Shown here one piece after another: positions 60,203 through 64,000 of a DNA stretch of 64,000 nt. The translations under genes and the position numbers were made by a program. Every line of letters starts with the position of its first letter. Position 1 is the first letter of the stretch. Source of the stretch: Raillietiella orientalis (Eukaryota); contig JAYWIR010000031.1 of NCBI GenBank assembly GCA_036172245.1, positions 1,240,001-1,304,000 of the forward strand, read 5' to 3'. The notes beneath the pieces were generated by a model that saw only the letters and a program-made list of their open reading frames with translations, was not told the DNA's origin and did not search any database.

Positions 60203-61351
60203 TTAAGCGTAGGCTTTTCCTAACTTCATGGTTGCCATCTCCGAGGAGCGCTGGTCGTCCATGGACTGACACAGGCTGTTGATGAGGTCTCCGAAGTAGA
60301 GGGGGTCCATGTACTTCCCGAGGTGGGACAAGAGGAACCAGTCTCCGATTCCCGTTTTGTCACTGACGAAAAGGCAATTGTAAGCGTACTTTTCGTTCCC
60401 GGAGCGGCCATGGGAGCGGAGCAGGCGGGCGCGGAATTGCACTGACACGATGGTACACAGCCGGTACACCAACTCCAAGCCGGAGAGTATCGACAGGGTG
60501 ACGAACCAGAACCACAGGAACACGTATATCTTCTCGTTCATAATGTTCCAGGCCAGGACGCAGAGGGCATCATACTTCTGCACTGTCCCCGAAGGGCCGA
60601 ACATGTGCCACGTACACTTGGTGACGCGGGGGAAAACCACAGTGAGGGGGTCCGTGCGATCCTCCTCGTTGGCCGTGATGTGGGATATGGCCTCGATACC
60701 GAAACGGGTGAACTCCTTGCCCAGGAAGATGTCGGTGAAGAAGATCTGCCAGACGACGTTGGTGAAGTTCAGCATCTCGCATATGATGTATTTCGTGAAC
60801 CACAGATTGTGGGACCGAAGGTGCGTCAACATGTACTTGACCAGGGTCGCCAGCTTCTTGTCCTTCTCCTCCTCCGTCATGATGAGGGAGTCGAGGCCCA
60901 GCATTAAGTTCTTGAGGCGGCCCTCCTCCCAGATCTTCCAGATGTAGTGAGGCACATAGAACATGATGGCTTGCAGGAAGAGCATGAAGGGGACCCACTG
61001 GTAATAGGCGTGGTGGATCTTTTCCTCCTCCCCCGGCACGTAGTTGGCCACGCCGGGGTGCGGTATCTCCTTCCCCAGCCGGGCGTTCTTGTTGAACGCC
61101 TTGGCCACCGAGAAGGTGGACGAGATCCAGCAGTACGTGTTCACGGTCTTTTCGAACTGCCCGACCTGGATCTTGTCGCCGAAGCAGCTGATCGGGGTGC
61201 CGATGAACTGGGAAGCCGTGACGACGATGCAGGCGCCGATCAGGACGACCAGCGTAATGCGGTAGTGGAGCCGGAACACCCAGTTGTCAACCCGGACCTT
61301 CCTCTTCGAGATGACCAGGTGACCCCTGATGTTTCCGAACAGGCCCAACAT
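60203..61351 (-). CDS. Innexin (Inx2/Inx3/Inx7 group), 382 aa, CDS without introns
   Basis: DNWVFRLHYRIT, ISC/YCW (EL1 cysteines), HHAYYQWVPFMLFLQA, FPRVTKC..H.FGPSG..Q.YDALC (EL2 cysteines), NEKIYVFLWFWF, GDWFLL; four hydrophobic segments; strongly G/C-ending codons. Confidence 0.96.
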   Translation of the reverse strand: MLGLFGNIRGHLVISKRKVRVDNWVFRLHYRITLVVLIGACIVVTASQFIGTPISCFGDKIQVGQFEKTVNTYCWISSTFSVAKAFNKNARLGKEIPHPGVANYVPGEEEKIHHAYYQWVPFMLFLQAIMFYVPHYIWKIWEEGRLKNLMLGLDSLIMTEEEKDKKLATLVKYMLTHLRSHNLWFTKYIICEMLNFTNVVWQIFFTDIFLGKEFTRFGIEAISHITANEEDRTDPLTVVFPRVTKCTWHMFGPSGTVQKYDALCVLAWNIMNEKIYVFLWFWFVTLSILSGLELVYRLCTIVSVQFRARLLRSHGRSGNEKYAYNCLFVSDKTGIGDWFLLSHLGKYMDPLYFGDLINSLCQSMDDQRSSEMATMKLGKAYA

Positions 61352-61370
61352 GTTCCGTCTGCGTTACTCC

Positions 61371-61385
61371 CTGGAAGGAAGAGGC
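61371..61385 (-). promoter_or_regulatory. Probable splice acceptor of a 5'-UTR intron of the second innexin
   Basis: cctcttccttccAG ends 19 nt upstream of the ATG; candidate donors CAC|GTAAGG (61728) and CAG|GTAAAC (63425). Confidence 0.55.
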
Positions 61386-61399
61386 GTGTCCGGATTACA

Positions 61400-61659
61400 G
61401 GGAGAAAGGGAGCGAAACCCCAATTCACCCTCCCGCAGGAGGCGCGCTCGCTCGTGGGGAGGGAGGAAGCGACCCTTCCCGCTGGGGAGGTCAGGTGGTC
61501 AGGTCAAGGGCAGCCGGTGACGACGAGGTATGAACGCCCGGTGTTCCCCGCTCCGAGGGACGCCGGGCGACGAAAACGCAACGAGCACACACGCAGATCA
61601 ACTACGCCGCTTGCTGCTGTTGGCGGCGGTCTGGCGTGCCCAGTGATGACCCAGCAAGA

Positions 61660-61692
<33 letters not shown>

Positions 61693-64000
61693 AGAGCGTG
61701 CGCGCGGCAATCTCTTCCGGTCCCTTACGTGGCTGCTGCTACCACGCAGTCAGGCAGAGCGCCTAGGCTGCTGCGGGCTGGCCCTTCGGCACGCGGCTCG
61801 GCTCACATCGCGCATGCGCGCACCACGCAAGGTCGTTCCGCCCGCGTTCCGCTTGGCCGCTGCGTCTTTCTCCCCCTCTCTCCCTTTCCAGGGGACGAGG
61901 GAAGACGGGCTCCTTTTTTTTTTTTTTTTTTTTTTTTTCCCCGCCCCGATTGCTCCTCCTCCTCCCTTCTTCCTATCGCTCCCTCGGCGGGGCGAGCTTT
62001 GCGCTCGGGGCTACGCGTGAGGAGGGGGCGACTAAGGGGGAACGAGGTCGCGTTGCTGCTGCCTCCTCATGGAGGCGCGCGCGCCATCCGGGAGGTGGCG
62101 ACCCCTGCCCTGCCTCGCTCCCTGCCCTTCGTGCTCGGAGGCGGCGGCAAGGGAAAGAACGCGAGAAAACGCAGAACTTTCGGACCACCGACGCCGCGAG
62201 AGGCGCTGATGCTGCGAACCGCCTTTCGCTCCTTCCTCCTCCCCCTCCCGTCTCTGCTGACGTCACCTCTGGGGTGCGGCGTCGGCGAGATGATCCGCGG
62301 CGGCCAGCAAGCGGAAGACGCCAAGGCGAGGCCACCTCCGCTGCTTCCGTATCCAGGCGACCGGCACCTCTCCTCCCACCCTCCCGTCTCCAAGAAAAAA
62401 GAAAAAAAAGCGCACCCGGAACACCGATGGATGTCACGTATCCTCCCCTTCGTCGCACTCCCTGAGGGAAATCCTCCACACGCACACGCAGGACCACAAA
62501 ACTCAGCGGGCCGCCCACCGGGAGCCGCGTGCTCTGAGGCGTGCCCGTCTGCTCGCCAGCGGGGAACGGGAAGGGAAGGGAGAGAGAAAGGCCGCCCTGC
62601 CACCAGGTTGGGGAGGGGTTATCTACCCGCGCGCGCACGCACGCACGTACGCACGCATACACACGCGCGCGCGCGCGCAACAGCACAAAAACGTCCACCG
62701 GCAGCTCGCGCGTACACGCAACTACCCAGATCGCCGCGCGACCGTAAGCGCCCGGTTCGGTATCCACGGCTACGAGAAGGATGAGGAGGGCGCGCTTCGT
62801 TTACGTGCCTCCACCTCCCTTCCCCTATGCACCCCCCTCCCTGCGCGCGTACCTCTCTCCTCGTCCTCCTCCTCTCCCCGGAAGTCGGCTCGCGAGGCAG
62901 CGGCAGCAGCAGCGGTGGAAGACCCACGACCGACGGCGGGCATAGCAGCAGGGAGCGGCGGCCCCTCCTATCGCCCGCTCGCACGCACGCAGGGAACAGC
63001 GAATGGCGGCCGCGTCGGCAGGGAAGCTGCGCCGATCTCGCGGCGGGAGGGAGGGAGGAAAGAGGAGGGACAGGAACGGGGAGTGCCTGCGCACGCGCGC
63101 GGTTCGCTCCTCCCCCTCCTCCCCACACACACGCATACCCCTGCGGGATGGCACGCCGCGGGGGGAGCTCGGGGAAAAGGGGGAGAAAATGGGGTCGTTC
63201 GAGGGGGGATGCGCAAGCGCGCCTCCTTTCGCGGCAAAGAAGCTTCGCGCTGCCGCCGCTCGTCCTCGCTCCCTTTTTTTTCAAAATAAATGGAAAAACA
63301 AAAATCGCTCTTTGCTTTTCTCTGAGCGTGCGCGTGCGCCCGTCTGTCCGCATGCGCTTTGCCCGTGGTTTTTTTTTTTTTTTTCTTTTTCCTTTTTTTT
63401 TTTTTTTTTTTGGGTTTTCGTTTACCTGCTGCGCAGCTGCAGAAGTCCCGGCGAGCACGCGGGCGGGCGGGCGACTACACGAACCACCACATACGCACTC
63501 CCTCCGTGCACCACGAGTCGCATCCACTGATTCAATGGTGACGTAGCGGGCGCGCAGCGCGGATTTCGCTCCGGCGGAGCGACTCCGCGGCGGCCGAGAG
63601 CAGCGGCGGCGGCGCAGGGCGGGCGACCTCGCCAGCCCGCGGAACGAGGGACGGAGAGAGAGGGGGGGAGAGGGAGAGGGAGGGAAGGAAGGGGCGCTAG
63701 GCAGCTGGGCAGGCCTCGCGCAGACATCCAGGTGGAGAGGGCGACCAGGAATGGGAGGGAGGAGAGAGAGAAGAGAGAATGGACCAGGCAGCTCCCCGGT
63801 AATGCTGTGCTCTCCGCGGAAGCGCAAGAGACCGCCCGCATGGAGACAGTCCGAGGGGATCGGGGGGGACGCCGGAGGAGGAGTTGCGAACGCCGTCCCC
63901 TTCCTTCCCCACTTCTCTCCCTCCTCCCCTTCCCGATGTCTTGGGAGATATCCTCGCACGCGCCCCGCCTCCTCCTTTCCAACGAGCCAGGAGCAGCAAA
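61400..64000 (-). promoter_or_regulatory. GC/CpG-rich upstream region (likely 5' UTR, intron and promoter) of the second innexin
   Basis: Very CpG-dense, with (CG)n, GA-rich and poly-T tracts; no recognisable coding motif; directly 5' of the gene. Confidence 0.35.
61664..61690. repeat. (CAG)9 microsatellite
   Basis: Read directly; lies upstream of the innexin CDS. Confidence 0.9.

Noticed and set aside
60203..61351. Intronless innexin as an endogenised viral vinnexin
   Set aside because: It has a probable 5'-UTR intron, host-like G/C-ending codons, a host innexin neighbour and no viral genes nearby.
60947..63999. Long ORFs (357, 382 and 446 aa), one containing a polyQ tract
   Set aside because: They are antisense shadows of the innexin or run through homopolymer and microsatellite tracts in GC-rich upstream DNA; no domain signal.

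Overview
Eukaryotic (arthropod-type) genomic DNA. Three host genes are well supported: (1) a small secreted Gly/Tyr/His-rich protein gene on + (11376-11868; TATA, Inr, three exons, 51- and 49-nt introns, AATAAA); (2) an innexin-1/ogre orthologue on - (exons 38173-38688 and 32704-33273, 361 aa); (3) a second innexin with an uninterrupted CDS on - (60203-61351, 382 aa). Most of the rest that I can assign is heavily decayed transposon sequence: Tc1/mariner-superfamily and THAP-Harbinger transposase relics, I/R1-like and CR1-like LINE relics, and a multi-copy Tx1/L1-like LINE family with a partner tRNA-derived SINE. The most unusual structure is this LINE/SINE pair. One SINE copy has the canonical head plus sense LINE 3' tail. 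In two other copies (and marginally a third) the same Pol III-type head runs, at an equivalent junction, into an antisense internal piece of the LINE ORF2. Also notable are several near-perfect short-loop palindromes inside otherwise degenerate DNA, a compositional shift from AT-rich to GC/CpG-rich near 25.5 kb, and a GC3 contrast between the two ogre exons. No CRISPR, rRNA or intact tRNA genes were seen. Transposon calls come from by-eye motif recognition in frameshifted sequence, so their boundaries are approximate.
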